A stretch of DNA of 64,000 bases from Dictyostelium discoideum. Its lineage: Eukaryota. The position numbers and the translations under genes were made by a program. Where the stretch lies: NCBI GenBank assembly GCA_000004695.1, contig CM000151.3:5952001-6016000 (forward strand), given 5' to 3'. Below are positions 14,164 through 28,071 of this stretch, piece after piece (within the stretch, counting starts at the first letter, position 1; each line of letters opens with the position of its first letter). The notes beneath the pieces were generated by a model that saw nothing but the letters and a program-made list of their open reading frames with translations, did no database searches and was not told the origin of the DNA.

Positions 14164-14545
14164 TAATAAAACATTATTTTCTTTAGTATTTCAAAAAAAA
14201 AAAAAAAAAAAAAAAAGTTTATCCTATAAATGGAAATTTTATTTTATTTTATTTTGTTTTGTTTTTTTTTTTGTTTTTTTTTTTTTAATAACTTAAATAT
14301 TGAATGACTATTATCAGTTTTTTTTTTTTTTAATGCCAAATTTGATGAGTGTAATACTAAAATATAATTAATTTAGAAAGATAAATACAACTGATAATAT
14401 GAATAGTCTAAAAAAAAAAAATAAAAAAATAAAAAAATTATTTTTTATTTTTATTTTATTTATTTGTTTTTATTTTTTTTCTATCTATAAAACTTTTATT
14501 ATATAATTTAACATTTATTTTATTTTATTTTATTTTATAATATTA

Positions 14546-15545
14546 CTATTTTTTAACATTTTTTAACTCTAAACTATCATTATTTTTAGTTCTATGATAT
14601 TTATCAGATTTTAATTTCAAAAGATGATTATAGGTAATGATTTGATATTTGAGGAAATCGATAATGATAAAAATAAAAGCACCAAATTGAATCATATCAG
14701 GATATAATTCATAGATTATTTTTCTCTCTAATAAACTTAATCTAACACTATGAATTATTTCCATTAATTCTTTAACTCTTTCATTTAAAACATTTGGTTC
14801 AATTTCATGAACAATCGGTTTACCATTAATAATATTATTATAATTTTCATTTAATTTCCTTAAATCTTGAATTATTAAAATTAATGTTGGATTTACAACT
14901 ACCATTTCAAATAATAATTTTTCACTATAATTTAAAATATTTAAAATATTAATATATAAATATTTTATTTTTTATTTTTTATTTTAATTATAATAATAAA
15001 CAACTTACCTTAATGGTTTGCTTAAAATAGTTTGAGCCATACTTAATCTTGTATTTGAATTTGTTAAATGTTTATGAACTTTAAAGAAATTTTTAACTTT
15101 ATAAGGTTTAAAGAAATATTCAGATTTAATATCAACCAATGAAGCAAAGATTTGAGCATTTAAAACACGAATACCTCTAAATGATGTAACTAATTGCGAT
15201 TTATATTGTTCTGGATCAACCTTAATTGGTGGATCAACTTCAACAATAGTTTGAGTTTGTGATAATAAAGATTTCATTGGTACAATTTGTGATGTTGAAA
15301 TCTTTCTTATTTGTTGACTATTTTTAATTGTTGTTGTTGTTGTTGTCATTTGTGTTGGTGGTAATGATGATGAAGGGGATGGTGAAGGTGTAATCATTGG
15401 GGATTTAGGTTGTTGATCAAAACCATTTTGTAATGGACTACTTCCACCCACAATAGCTTGACACTCTTCTTCCATTTGCAATGGTAAAATGTCAGTAGTG
15501 GAAGTAAGGTTTGGTTTTAATTTTTCTTTTTCATCCAATTCAAAC

Positions 15546-15608
<63 letters not shown>

Positions 15609-17421
15609 AAAATTTGTAATCTTTCTTGTTCTTTTTGAGATTTTTCTTGTTCAAATGAATAAACACTTATACTACTATTTTCAAGGATAGTGATAAAAGT
15701 ATTTGTTATGGATGAAGCTGATTTGAATGCTTTTTCAGTAGTAGATTTAAAAGTGAAGAAAGGGAATATAGCTAATGATAGAATTAATACCCAAATAATA
15801 CCACCAGTGATGAATAAACATCTCATAACAGCATACATAACTGTATAATCTTTTGATAGATATTGACCATAGGCAACCATAATAAAAGTTAAACCTGAAA
15901 CAGAGCCAGCATAGGAATAACGTGGATCCTGTTGAATATGTGATATTGAAAATATCCAAATGAACGTACAAATGAATAAAACCACTTCCCTACCCTCATT
16001 ATTCATTGTGCTAGTTAACCAAGATACCAAGAATCCTATGAAACCGCCAGCAATCGTACCCATCATTCTATGAATTGCTCTTGTTGCAGTTGCACCAAGA
16101 CTTGGTGAGAAAACAATTACCGTTGTAATACATGTCCACATACCATTCACTTTTAATGAATGATAAGTTCTACCATCATAATAATGAAATAAAATAATCA
16201 TAGCAATTACACCGACTGCAACTTGAAATGGAAATACCCATCTTTTATTAGCAAAAAATACATTCCAAAACCAATTAATTGTAAATTTCCAAAATTTTAC
16301 AAATGTTGATATTGGTTTTTTAATCTCACCATTTATATCAATATCACTATGATTAATATGCTCCTCTTTTACCTCTTCTGCTCCTTGTCCCTCTACTTCT
16401 TTTCCTTTTCCTTTTTCTTTTTCTTTTTGTTGTTTTAAATAATCTTTATATTGTTTTCTTTCATTTAATTCAAATTTAATTAAATTTTTAATTTTAATAA
16501 CACGTTTATAAATATGTAATGGAAAACTTGTTAAAATGAACCAAACACCATAACGTAACAATTCAATGATGATATAATCTTGACGTTGATATTTTTTAAC
16601 ACTGAAAACAACTTCAGATATTCTTTTTTGACTTGTTGCAAATGAGAAAATACCAATTAAAAAGAAATGAACTTTAGAGATTTCAGATTCATGAAATAAT
16701 AATCTATCTGATCTTTGATATTCCCTAACACAAGTTTTATAAAATTCCTTTGCACTAGTAATTAATTCTTCAGTTTCTTCAAATGACATTTCTAAGATTT
16801 TACGTTTATATGAAATTGATTTAATATCTTCTTTTATTGTATTATTATTATTATTGGTTGATGGATTCTCAAAATCATATTTTTCATTCGAAGATAAAAT
16901 ATCAACTAATAAACTAATTTGTAAATGAACTTCTTCAATGATTGAATCAATGAATGGAATCATTGGTAAAATCATCTCTTGTCTAGTTTTAATTTCAAAT
17001 CCTTCATCAATTGATAATTTAATAGTTATTAATTGTTTTTGTGATACCTCCAATAATGCCAATAGAATTTCATATTGTGATACTAATGTTGCATTCCATC
17101 TCTCTAATTTACATTCACCAAGTATAATTGATAATCTAAATATTTGATCACCCAATTTACCCTCCATAGCTATTAAATCCTCTTTTGTTGGTATTTTAAA
17201 TGCTGATGTAATAGTTTGACCACCAATACCACAACCAATACCACCACCATTAATATGATTCAATTCTTGAAACTGTTCCCTTGGTGGTTGTGATGGTGAT
17301 GATGATGCATTTGACCCAATTTCTTCATTAATTGTTGATGTATTTGTAAATGTTGTTGGTGATAAATTATTATTATTATTATTATCTTCATTAATATCCA
17401 TATTATTATCATTATTTGCAC

Positions 17422-17512
<91 letters not shown>

Positions 17513-17525
17513 TTGTTGTTGTTGC

Positions 17526-17592
<67 letters not shown>

Positions 17593-18421
17593 GGCTATTT
17601 ACATATTGTGGTGAATAAATTGGATGAATGAATGATTTTGATTTACGATGATTACCAATATTATTATTATCTTTATCTTTTTTACGTTGTGATTGTGGTG
17701 AAATTTTATCCATATCTAATTTAACTTCCATTTGATAACCGACTGCTCTAAAGAATTGATTTGTTCTATTTAATGTTTTAATTGTTTTTGTAAGGAAAAT
17801 ACGTGATGCTAACCATGGGAAGAGGAAAATACCACAAAGAATGATAACTGCAAACACAAGGAAAAACAGTATGAGGAATTGCCAAATCATGTGATACGGA
17901 TCTGCCCCACCGTTGAAATAGATGACACAAATGATATCGATTATCATCATTTTGCAAGCGAATAAATTTATCCATCTACGACCTGCCATCAACGAGTAGA
18001 GAATGAATGTGAAGAAAAAGTTGAATAAATAACCGATCCAGAATACACCACTTTTATCTAAAATTAATTGTAAAATGTATATGTATAATGACGATATCGA
18101 AATTGCCCAAACTAAAACACTGCCACTTATCAGTGCTGCCAATGACGAGATGTTGAATGCCAGCATTACATATATCACCGGCACCAATACCAAAAGACTG
18201 ACATCCACCGACCCTAGCTTCACAAACAACACCAATGATGACATTAGCATGCATCCCACCGCCTCTTTTAACGCTACTTTTTGTTTTAATCCAAACCATC
18301 GTCGTTTGCTCTTTTTTTCATTATATATATGAATTCCCAAACTGTAATTATATTTTTCATTATTCATTATTTTATTTTCACTAAACCAAAAATTAATAAA
18401 AATAAATACTATATATAACAC
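14546..18421 (-). CDS. Large polytopic membrane protein with two multi-TM bundles, possibly of the ArAE/FUSC (ALMT/Bre4-like) type, separated by polyQ/polyN-rich cytoplasmic regions. Two exons: 18421..~15005 and ~14908..14546, with intron ~15004..14909.
   Basis: The first exon is a 1138-aa ORF. Its N-terminal half is hydrophobic (LVLVPVIYVMLAFNISSLAALISGSVLVWAISI...). A second bundle follows (VAVGVIAMIILF...TVIVFSPSLGATATRAIHRMMGTIAGGFIGFLVSW...FIWIFSISH). On the minus strand GTAAGT overlaps the ORF stop, and the acceptor TTATAG joins in frame to MVVVNPTLILI... (119-aa exon). The family assignment is tentative. Confidence 0.7.
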
Positions 18422-18591
18422 TATAAAAGGGCTATATATTTATTTATTTATTTATTTTTTTATTTTATTTATTTAATTTTTTAAATTTTTTATTTTTTTA
18501 ATTATTTTAATTATTTTAATTATTCTCTTTTGGATATATTATAATTTAAAATAAATCTAAGATCTTTTGAATTGTTTAATTTTTAATTTTT

Positions 18592-18640
<49 letters not shown>

Positions 18641-19674
18641 GTTAGAAAGGGTAATTAAAATGTTTAAAAATATGAATATCTATAAAATATAAATGTATGG
18701 GAAAAACATTTAATTAAAAAAAAAAAAAAAAAAAAAATTTAACAAATAAAATAAAGAAAATAAAGTGAACAAGGAAATAAAAAAATTGGTGTAAAAAAAA
18801 ACATACCCAAATCCAAGTAATATTTACAAAAATTTGTTTTGTAAACCCTTTTTTTATTCTTTTGACTTTAAAAAAACTTTTTGAAATTCCTTTTTTTTTT
18901 TTTATTTATTTTTTTTTTTTTTTTTGTTTGTTAATAAACTAATAACATTCCCAAATGACATAATACACAATTTTTTAAACTTTACAAAAAATTTTTTTTT
19001 TTTTTTTTTTTTGGGTTTGGGTTTTTTAAATTATTTTATTTTTTATTTTTTATTTTTTATTTTTATTTTTTTATTTTTATTTTCCCTTTTTCGAATTGAT
19101 ATTTTTAGTTTTATGATATAAAAAAAAAAAATAAAAAAAATAAAAAAAAATAAAAAAAAAGAGACATACCCACATATGAATAATATTAATATATTCACAT
19201 AGAAACACTTATTGATTTGTTGAGATAAAAAAAATAAAAAAAATAAAAAATAAAAAATAAAAAAACAATAAAAAAAAAAAAAAAAAAAAAGAAAAAAAAA
19301 ACAGCTAAAAAAAAAAAAAAAAAAAAACTATCTACCCTTTACACCAAAATAGCGCAAAAAAAATTTCAAAATTCATTCCAATTCGGGATTGATTACTTAA
19401 TGATTTTTTTTTTTTGAAAATTTTTTTTGATAAGCGCCATTTTGATGTTTAAAGTATGAAAGTACTTTTTTTAAAATTAGTGTGGAAAATAATCAATTAA
19501 AGAGGATATGGCTAAAAAATTTTATAATATCGATATACACTCATGACGTTATTTAAAATTTTTTTTTATTTTTATTTCTATTTATTTTTATTTTTAACTT
19601 TTGATTCTCTGGTTATAATTTAACCAGAATAAGATTTGAAAAAAAAAAAAATTAAAAAAATAAAGGATTTTTTA

Positions 19675-19715
<41 letters not shown>

Positions 19716-20319
19716 CGGGATTAAAATAGTTATTTTAAAATAGATTGTTTTAATTGAAAAAAAAAAAAAAAAAAAAAAATCTTTAATACCTGCACTAAAC
19801 TAAAAACATTGTGGGAAGCTTAGGATTATTATTTTTTTATAAAAAAAATTGTTTTATTTAGGCACTCCGAACATTACTTTAGAAATTTTTAAAAGAAAAA
19901 AAAAAAAATTTTAAAATAGAATGGATAAGAACTTTTTTTATTTCATTTTTTTTTTAAAATTGTTTTATATAGGCCCTCCAAACATTACTTTAGAAATTTT
20001 TTTTTTTAAAAAAAAATAGAATAATAAATAATAATAAAAAAAAATTTTTAAACACTAATTTTGGCTTAATGTTTTTTATTTTATCTTGCCAATTACCTTT
20101 TTTTAAAAAAGTTATCTTTCTCATGAAAATGAAAAAATTTACTCGTTTCGTTTTTTTTTTTTTTTTTAATTTTTTTTATTTTTTATTTTTTTTTAATTTT
20201 TTTTTTTATTTTTTATTTAATTTTTTTTTTTTTTGTTTCATTACCAATCAAAATTGAGAAATTCTCTCTTTTATCTTTTCTAATATATATATATAAAAAA
20301 AAACAAATAGAAAATAAAA

Positions 20320-20472
20320 ATGGAAGACGATGATTTATTTTCAGTTTTTGATACAAAGAAAACAAATAAAAATAAAAGAACAAGAGAAGCAACTGCTGCA
20401 GCAGATGAAAAAGAGTAATTATTATAATAAATATGACTTATATTTATGTATAAATATTAATTTAATATATAT

Positions 20473-20512
<40 letters not shown>

Positions 20513-23500
20513 AATATAAAATTAAATTAATAGAAATGGTAAATGGATAAAACCAGAAGAATCAACAACAACAACTACAACTACAACAGCAACAACAAAT
20601 AAAAATGAAATTGAAAGTAATAAAACTTTAAATCCAAATGTTAAACCATTAGGAGCATTACCAAATAATTCAAAGATTGAATCAATGGATACATTTAAGA
20701 ATACAGTAGGATCAGTTGATTTAATGTCATTAGATGAAGAGATTCAAAGAAATAAGAAACAAAAAGGTGGTAATACTAAACAAGCAGTAGCAGATATTAG
20801 TTTCAATGCAAAACAATCTGATACTACATTGGATAAACTTAGAGAGAATGTTGAAAAGAAAGAGAGAGAGGAGTTATCAATGATTGAGCAACAAAAACAA
20901 CAAAATATAATACCAGAGAATAGAACAGCAACAGGTGGATATATTACAGCGGCAGGTACATCTAAATCGTGTATACACGAGGTACTATTGCCACCTGGCG
21001 AGGTTAATGACGACCCAAATCTATATAACCCACCAGAACCAATCAAACCAGCACGTACATATCCATTTAAATTGGATCCATTTCAAGCGACATCGATTGC
21101 ATGCATAGAGAGAAATGAGTCGGTTTTAGTATCAGCACATACATCAGCAGGTAAGACTGTGGTTGCAGAGTATTCCATCGCCACCGCATTGCGTGATGGT
21201 CAACGTGTTATCTATACATCACCCATTAAAGCATTGTCAAATCAAAAGTTTCGTGATCTTCAAGAGACCTTTCAAGATGTTGGTTTGATGACTGGTGATA
21301 TCACGATCAATGCAAATGCATCATGTTTGGTTATGACCACAGAGATTTTACGTTCAATGCTTTATCGTGGCTCTGAAACCATGAGAGAAGTTTCATGGGT
21401 AATTTTCGATGAGATTCATTATCTTCGTGATAAAGAGAGAGGTGTAGTTTGGGAGGAGACAATCATTCTCTTACCAGATTCAGTTAAATTTGTTTTCCTC
21501 TCTGCAACCATTCCAAATGCAAGAGAGTTTGCTGCATGGATTGCAAAGATTCATAAACAACCATGTCATGTTGTCTACACTGAATACCGTCCAATTCCAT
21601 TACAACATTATATTTTCCCATCTGGTGGTGATGGTTTACATTTGGTAGTCGATGAAAATGGTGTTTTCAGAGAAGAGAATTTCTTAAAATCATTATCAAA
21701 TCTACAACAACCAGAAATGGGAGGTCAAAGTGGTGCCTCGAGAAAGAGGGGTGGCGGCAATAAAGGTCCATCGGATTGTTATAAAATCGTAAAGATGATT
21801 ATGGAGAGAAATTATCAACCAGTTATTATTTTCAGTTTTTCAAAGAAAGAATGTGAAACCTATGCTTTACAAATGTCAAAATTGGATTTCAATAATGATG
21901 ATGAAAAGAATGCAGTGGAAACCATCTTTAATAATGCAATCGATTCCCTTTCTGAAAGTGATAAACAATTACCAGCAGTCATTAACATTTTACCCTTATT
22001 AAAACGTGGTATTGGTATACATCATGCTGGTCTTTTACCAATCCTAAAGGAGATCATTGAAATTCTCTTCCAATATGGTTATATCAAGGCATTGTTTGCA
22101 ACTGAAACTTTCTCCATTGGTTTGAATATGCCTGCTAAAACTGTAATTTTCACATCGGTTAGAAAGTTTGATGGTGAGGGTATGAGATGGATTAGTGGTG
22201 GTGAATACATTCAAATGAGTGGTAGAGCAGGTCGTAGAGGTCTCGATGAAAGAGGTATAGTAATTTTAATGGTTGATGAAAAGATGGAACCTGCCATTGC
22301 AAAGGGTATGGTAAAAGGTCAAGCAGATCGTTTAACAAGTAGTTTTTGGATTGGTTATAGTATGCTTTTGAATATGCTACGTGTCGAAGATATAGATCCA
22401 GAGAATTTATTAAAACGTTCATTCCATCAATATCAACAAGAATCATTCATACCACAATTGGTTGATAAATGTGATCAAATGGAACAAGAGAAAAAAGAGA
22501 TTATAATTCGTGATGAAACATCAGTTACAGAGTATTCCTCAATTAAAGCACAATTAGCTAAATTACGTGAAGCAATGCGTGATTTCATTAATCAACCAAC
22601 CTATGTTCAGCCATTCCTTACAGCTGGTAGAATCGTACGTATTAGAGAAGGTTCAACCGATTGGGGATATGGTGTAATTTTAAATTTCTCAAAGAGACCA
22701 ATTAAATCAAGTGGTAGTGGTGTCTCTGATAAAAGTTTTGAAGTTATTGCAGATATTCTATTGGAATGTGCAATCTCTTCAGATCCAACATCAAATGGTG
22801 GTTACATTGGTACACCAAAACCATGTGTCCCTGGCGAAGTAGGTGAAGGTCAAATCATACCAGTATCAATTAAACTTTTCGATGGTATCACCTCTGTTTG
22901 TCTTTACGTTAAAAAAGAACAACCAACACAAGAATTTAAAACTCATTTATTTAAAACCCTCAAAGAAACTGAAAATAGATTTAAAAAAGATGGTGGTATA
23001 CCATTGATCGATCCAATCGAGGATATGAAAATTAAAGATCCAAACTTTAAAAAGTTAATCAAGAAAATTGAAACCTTGGAAAGTAGATTCTCATCAACTG
23101 CTTGTTTCAATGATACAGATATCGAAGAACGTTGTAACCTTTTGGAGAAGAAGAATGAAATCACCAAAGAGATTAAACAATTACAAAAACAAATTAAAAG
23201 TGGTGATGAAGTCATTCTAAAGGATGACCTTCGTTCAATGAAACGTATTTTAACCCGTTTAGGTTATATAACAGACGATGGTGTCGTTGCCTTGAAAGGT
23301 CGTGTTGCCTGCGAAATTAGTGCAGGTGATGAATTGGTAATTAGTGAACTTTTATTCGCTGGTTTATTCAATGATTTATCAGTTGAACAATGTGTTGCCG
23401 TTTTCAGTTGTTTCGTATTCCAAAATGAAGGTTCCGCCAATAACGATGTCAATAATCCAAAAATAAAACCAGATTTGGTACCTTTATATCGTGTCATTAG

Positions 23501-23825
23501 AGATACCGCTTCAAAAGTTGTAACAGTATCTCAAGAATGTAAATTAACCTCAGTCGATGAGAAAACCTATTTGGCTTCTTTTAATCCAAACTTTATGGAT
23601 GTAACATTTGCTTGGGCAAGTGGCGCCTCTTTTGCTGATATCGTTAAAATGACCGATACCTTTGAAGGTAATCTCATTCGTGGTATTCGTAGATTAGATG
23701 AACTCATTAGACAAATGGTAATTGCTTCAAAATCAATTGGTAATACTGAATTAGAAGCTAAATTCTCTGAAGCAACCGTTAAAATTAAAAGAGATATTCC
23801 ATTTGCTGGTTCTTTATATTTATAG
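20320..23825 (+). CDS. mtr4: MTR4 (SKIV2L2/Dob1), the exosome-associated DExH-box RNA helicase. Exon 1 is ~20320..20414, the intron ~20415..20533, and exon 2 ~20534..23825.
   Basis: The sequence is near-colinear with the Mtr4 I remember from animals and yeast. Matching motifs: DPFQATSIACIERNESVLVSAHTSAGKTVVAEY, DEIH (FDEIHYLRD), SAT, QMSGRAGRRG, the arch/KOW region, and the C-terminal DSHCT ending ...FAGSLYL. The N-terminal exon encodes MEDDDLFSVFD, matching the Mtr4 N-terminal ELFSVFE. The track start at 20685 misses this exon. Confidence 0.95.
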
Positions 23826-23872
23826 TTATAGTTTTTTTTAATAATTAATAAATATCATCTCTTTCAATTTAA

Positions 23873-23909
<37 letters not shown>

Positions 23910-24192
23910 CATTCCATTATTATTCTTTTTATTTTTATTTCACTCAACAAAAGTAATTTAATAAAAATAATAACCAAAATAATTTTTTAATTTATATGAA
24001 TAGAAAAAAAAAAAAAAAAAATTATAAATATGATTTATTTTTTTTTAAATAAAATGATTTGTTTTTTTTTTTAAATATCTCCACATTTATTCGTACATCT
24101 ATTCCATTGACCTATGCATCTAATATTAAAAAAAAATAAATTGTTATTAGCTATTTTTAATTTTTTAATTTAATTTTTTTTTTTATTTATAT

Positions 24193-24354
24193 TTACTCGA
24201 ATAAAGAATTAGATGGATTTTGTTGATAAGAGTTATAACAATTATCAAAATCTAAATTACAATTTCCATGGCATTCGATTTTGGCAGAGATGGAACCAGA
24301 GAAAAACAATAGAAATGTTATGAATATAATAATTAAAAGAGATTTAGAGGCCAT
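24193..24354 (-). CDS. Candidate 53-aa secreted Cys-containing peptide. It is below the ORF-track length cutoff and speculative.
   Basis: The minus-strand ORF reads MASKSLLIIIFITFLLFFSGSISAKIECHGNCNLDFDNCYNSYQQNPSNSLFE*. This is a classic signal peptide followed by a 4-Cys mature peptide, in an otherwise empty AT-rich interval. Confidence 0.3.
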   Translation of the reverse strand: MASKSLLIIIFITFLLFFSGSISAKIECHGNCNLDFDNCYNSYQQNPSNSLFE

Positions 24355-24703
24355 TTTTTTTTTTTAAAATAAATATATTATAAATATAGAAAAAAAAGGT
24401 TTAATTTTGTTTTATTTAATTTTTTTTTTTTAAATAATTTTATTTAAAAGGACAACTTTTTGTTTATTTTAAATGAAAAACAATAAAAAAAAAAAAAAAA
24501 AAACAAAAATAAAATTTATTTTATAGTCCTATCAAATAATTTAATAATTATTAAATAAAATTTGATTATTTTTTTTATAATTAAAATATAATAAAAAATT
24601 GAACCAAGGAAGGTGTGTTAGACTTTTAAAGCAATCTTGTTTATTTTGATTATTTAATAATAAAAATAATAATAATAGTTTTTTTAGGTTAAAATTTTAA
24701 TAA

Positions 24704-24734
<31 letters not shown>

Positions 24735-25947
24735 AATAATAACCATTTTATTGTTATATTTTAAAATTCCTTAAAACAGATTAATTGAAATTTTTTATTT
24801 ACTACCCCTTCAATGACATTGTATATCATTTCTTAAAATTATTATTAAGTTGTGTTTCTGTTTAAGGTAATTCTCCCAATATTCCTTTAATTATAAAAAT
24901 AGGATTACTTGTAATTGGTGGGTAAAAAGATCTGTTACTAAACAAAGAACAACAACACCTATCACAATTAATATCGTTGTTATTAACTCTATAATCTTGT
25001 CTAAAATAATTTTTTAATAAATGGTATTGGGTACTATTATTAGTTTTTTTTTTTTTAAAAAAAATTCACCACACTATCAGATATCATTTCCTTTTTTTTT
25101 TATTTGATTTTTTTTTTATTTGTTTTTTTTATTTTAAAATAATTAAAATAATAAAAACTACACCTAAAACAAATTTACAAATTTTTTAATAATTTCACAC
25201 ATCCACACTTGAAAAATTAATTTTTAACATCAAAAAAAAAAAAAAAGAAAAATAAAAATAGTAAAATTATGTGATTACCTTTTTTTTTTATTATTATTAA
25301 ATTATTATTTTGTATTATTATTAATTTACATATAATTTGCAATAAAATAATAATTATTTGATAATCTTGATATTGTCATTAAAATATTATTTTTAAAAAA
25401 TTTTTTATTAAACTAAAAAAAGAAATTGTTGTAAAAAAGAAACACTAAACATAATATTTTTTAATTATCTTTAATATAAGATATTTTAAAACAATATGAT
25501 TTATATTTTATTTACAATGATTTTGATAATATAATATACATGTTAACTATACTTTAAATTAAAAAAAATATTAAAAAAATCAGTTTCATATGATTTTTTA
25601 AATATTCACCCATCATAAAAAATAAATTAATATCCCACGAAATAATTTTTTTTTAAATCATCCACTCCCTATTGAAATAAATAATGTTGAGTTGTTGAAT
25701 TTAGGTAATTTACAAAAAAATAAAAAAATAAAAAAAAAAGAAATAATTTTTTAATTATCCACGAACTTTGTTTTTAAAGGTAATATCTATGCGAACAAAG
25801 ACAATTCTATTTTTTATCAAACAAATAATTTCAAAAAAACAATATACTATACAATTAAAGATTTGATATTAAACTTTAAGTAGATCATACTAGGATTTTA
25901 TTATTTTTGTAATGTTAAATGAAATTAAAAATTGATGTTTAATTTAT

Positions 25948-26728
25948 TTAAATACTTTTGAGAGTGATAGTAAAACCGGATACATCATCTTGTACAATTT
26001 CACAGTTTGTTGGCCATCCTTCAGTTTTTCTGTATGATACGGTATTGTTTGATGGGGTGTATTTAAAATAAATACTTCCATTAGCAAAGACTTGACCAGG
26101 CCATTTTATTTCACGAATTGAAATTTGGCATACTATTTTAAACAAAAAAAAAAATTAATATTATTATTTAAGTTATTATTATTAATAATATTATTATTTT
26201 TAATATTGGAAGTATTTACCAATTTCAGAATCTGGTGGATTTAATTCTGGGATTTGAACACCAGAGTAATCTCCGCCACTAACAATTTCAACACCATTTA
26301 ATTGGTATGGAATAACAGTAAGTTTGAAATCGTTTGGATCTCTACCTTGTACATTGTGTTTAAATCTAATATCAACAGAGTATTTGAATTGAACATCAAT
26401 TCTGATTTAAAAATTATTTTTTAAAAAAAAAAAAAATTAATAAAAGGATTTTTGTGAATAACCCACAAATTATGAACTAAACTACATACGCTTGGACAAT
26501 ATCAACATTAGGTAATTTATCAGTAATATCTGGATATTCACCACCAAGGAATGTTTGCATTGTTCCATTTTTATCCCAAATATTAACTTTGCAGAATTTT
26601 CCAACCTTGAGAGATCTTAAAGCGCCAGCTTGGTTTCCGTATCTACTTCCATTTTGTAAAGACCATTTCTCACCTCCAAAGCTCTTTTCTTTAAAAATTA
26701 TACTCTCCTTATCACCAAGTGTAGACAT
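25948..26728 (-). CDS. Three-exon gene for a ~201-aa cytosolic lectin-like beta-sandwich protein. Exons: 26728..~26490, ~26401..26220, ~26132..25948.
   Basis: Exon 1 reads [55 protein letters not shown]... The two introns have GTATGT/GTAAAT donors and CAG/TAG acceptors, and both splices are in frame. Exon 3 reads ...[41 protein letters not shown]. There is no signal peptide. I could not assign a family. Confidence 0.6.
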
Positions 26729-26832
26729 TTTTAATTATTATTATAAATTTATACTATTGAAAATTTAATTTATACTTTTCTATTTTTTAATTATTATTAC
26801 TATTGAAAATTTAATTTATACTTTTCTATTTT

Positions 26833-26875
<43 letters not shown>

Positions 26876-26934
26876 AAAAATTATTATTATTATTTTTATT
26901 TTAATTTCAATTTTTTGGGTATTTAAATTGTGAC

Positions 26935-27125
26935 TACCAATGATGAGACAGTTGCCCCCCAAAAATGCTTCTGATTTTGTGTGTAAATTACAATAATAGC
27001 TTGGGGGTGAAATCAACAAATTTGTAATTTATAAAAATAGGTGATCAATGCAATATTACCCCCATTAAATAATGATTTTATGGGTTAATTACAAAAATAA
27101 CTTGGGGGTGACCAGTTTTTTTTAT
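26935..27125. promoter_or_regulatory. Repeated G-rich boxes (CTTGGGGGTGA ×2, GCCCCCCAAAA, TACCCCCATT) in the 5' region of the lectin-like gene.
   Basis: G/C strings are rare in this genome. They are clustered 200-400 bp upstream of the minus-strand ATG at 26728. Confidence 0.25.
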
Positions 27126-27429
27126 TTTTTTATAAAAACAAAATAAATAAATAAATAAATAAATAAATAAAATTATGTTATTTAAATAATGACATCCCAA
27201 ATTTATTTTTTTCGATGTGTACTATTTATGAATAATATTAATCAATCAATTTCAATTCATCCTTTTTTTTTTCTCTTCTTATTACTAATTAAAAATTTTG
27301 GTGGCTTAATTAATTAATTTATTAAATAAAAAAAACAATCATTTTAAAAAACTTTTTATAAAAAAATTATATATTTAGTTTTTGATCGGCAGACTTATTA
27401 TTTTTAACCTTAAAATAAGGTGTTTTCTG

Positions 27430-27469
<40 letters not shown>

Positions 27470-28032
27470 TTTTTTTTTTTGGTGTGAAAAAAAAATTATT
27501 TGAAATTTTAGAAAGTGATTGTTTTAGTGTGTGGATTTATAATTTTAAAAAGCTAAAATCACAGTTTTTAAGGTTTTTTTTTTTTTATTTTTTGAAAACT
27601 TAATTTAATTTTATCGGGTAGAATTTTTTTTTTTTTAAATTTCTTTTATTTTGTTTTTTTTTTTTGTATTATCCTTTAATTAATTTCAACATGCAAATCA
27701 TTTTTAGAAAAAAAAAAAATATCTTTTTTTTTTTTTTTTTTTTATATATATTTTTTTGAAGATCTTGGTTAAATTGAAAGTGTTTGTTTATAAAACTGTT
27801 TAAATTTAAAAAAATAAAAATGATAACAAAAAAAAAAATATTAATTGTGTTTTTTGTTTAATTGAAGGTGTATTATTTTTTTTATTTTTAAAATAAAATT
27901 TTTTTTTGAAAGTCTTTTTGGGTGAAAAAACAATTATCTGAAATTTTAAAAATTGATTGTTTTGGTTTGTGGATTTCTATTTCAAAAGTTAAAATCACAA
28001 GGTGTTTTAAAAAATATTGAGGTTACTTAGTT

Positions 28033-28071
<39 letters not shown>

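Noticed and set aside
15747-18332. ORFs inside or antisense to the large membrane-protein gene (15747-15971, 16938-17147, 17416-17631 polyY/V, 17778-17975, 18054-18299, 18075-18332).
   Set aside because: They overlap the long minus-strand CDS. The polyY/polyV ORF is the antisense reading of the (AAT)n/(CAA)n tracts.
20744-23497. Antisense ORFs inside MTR4 (20744-21046, 22192-22446, 22943-23215, 23264-23497).
   Set aside because: The opposite strand carries the highly conserved helicase.
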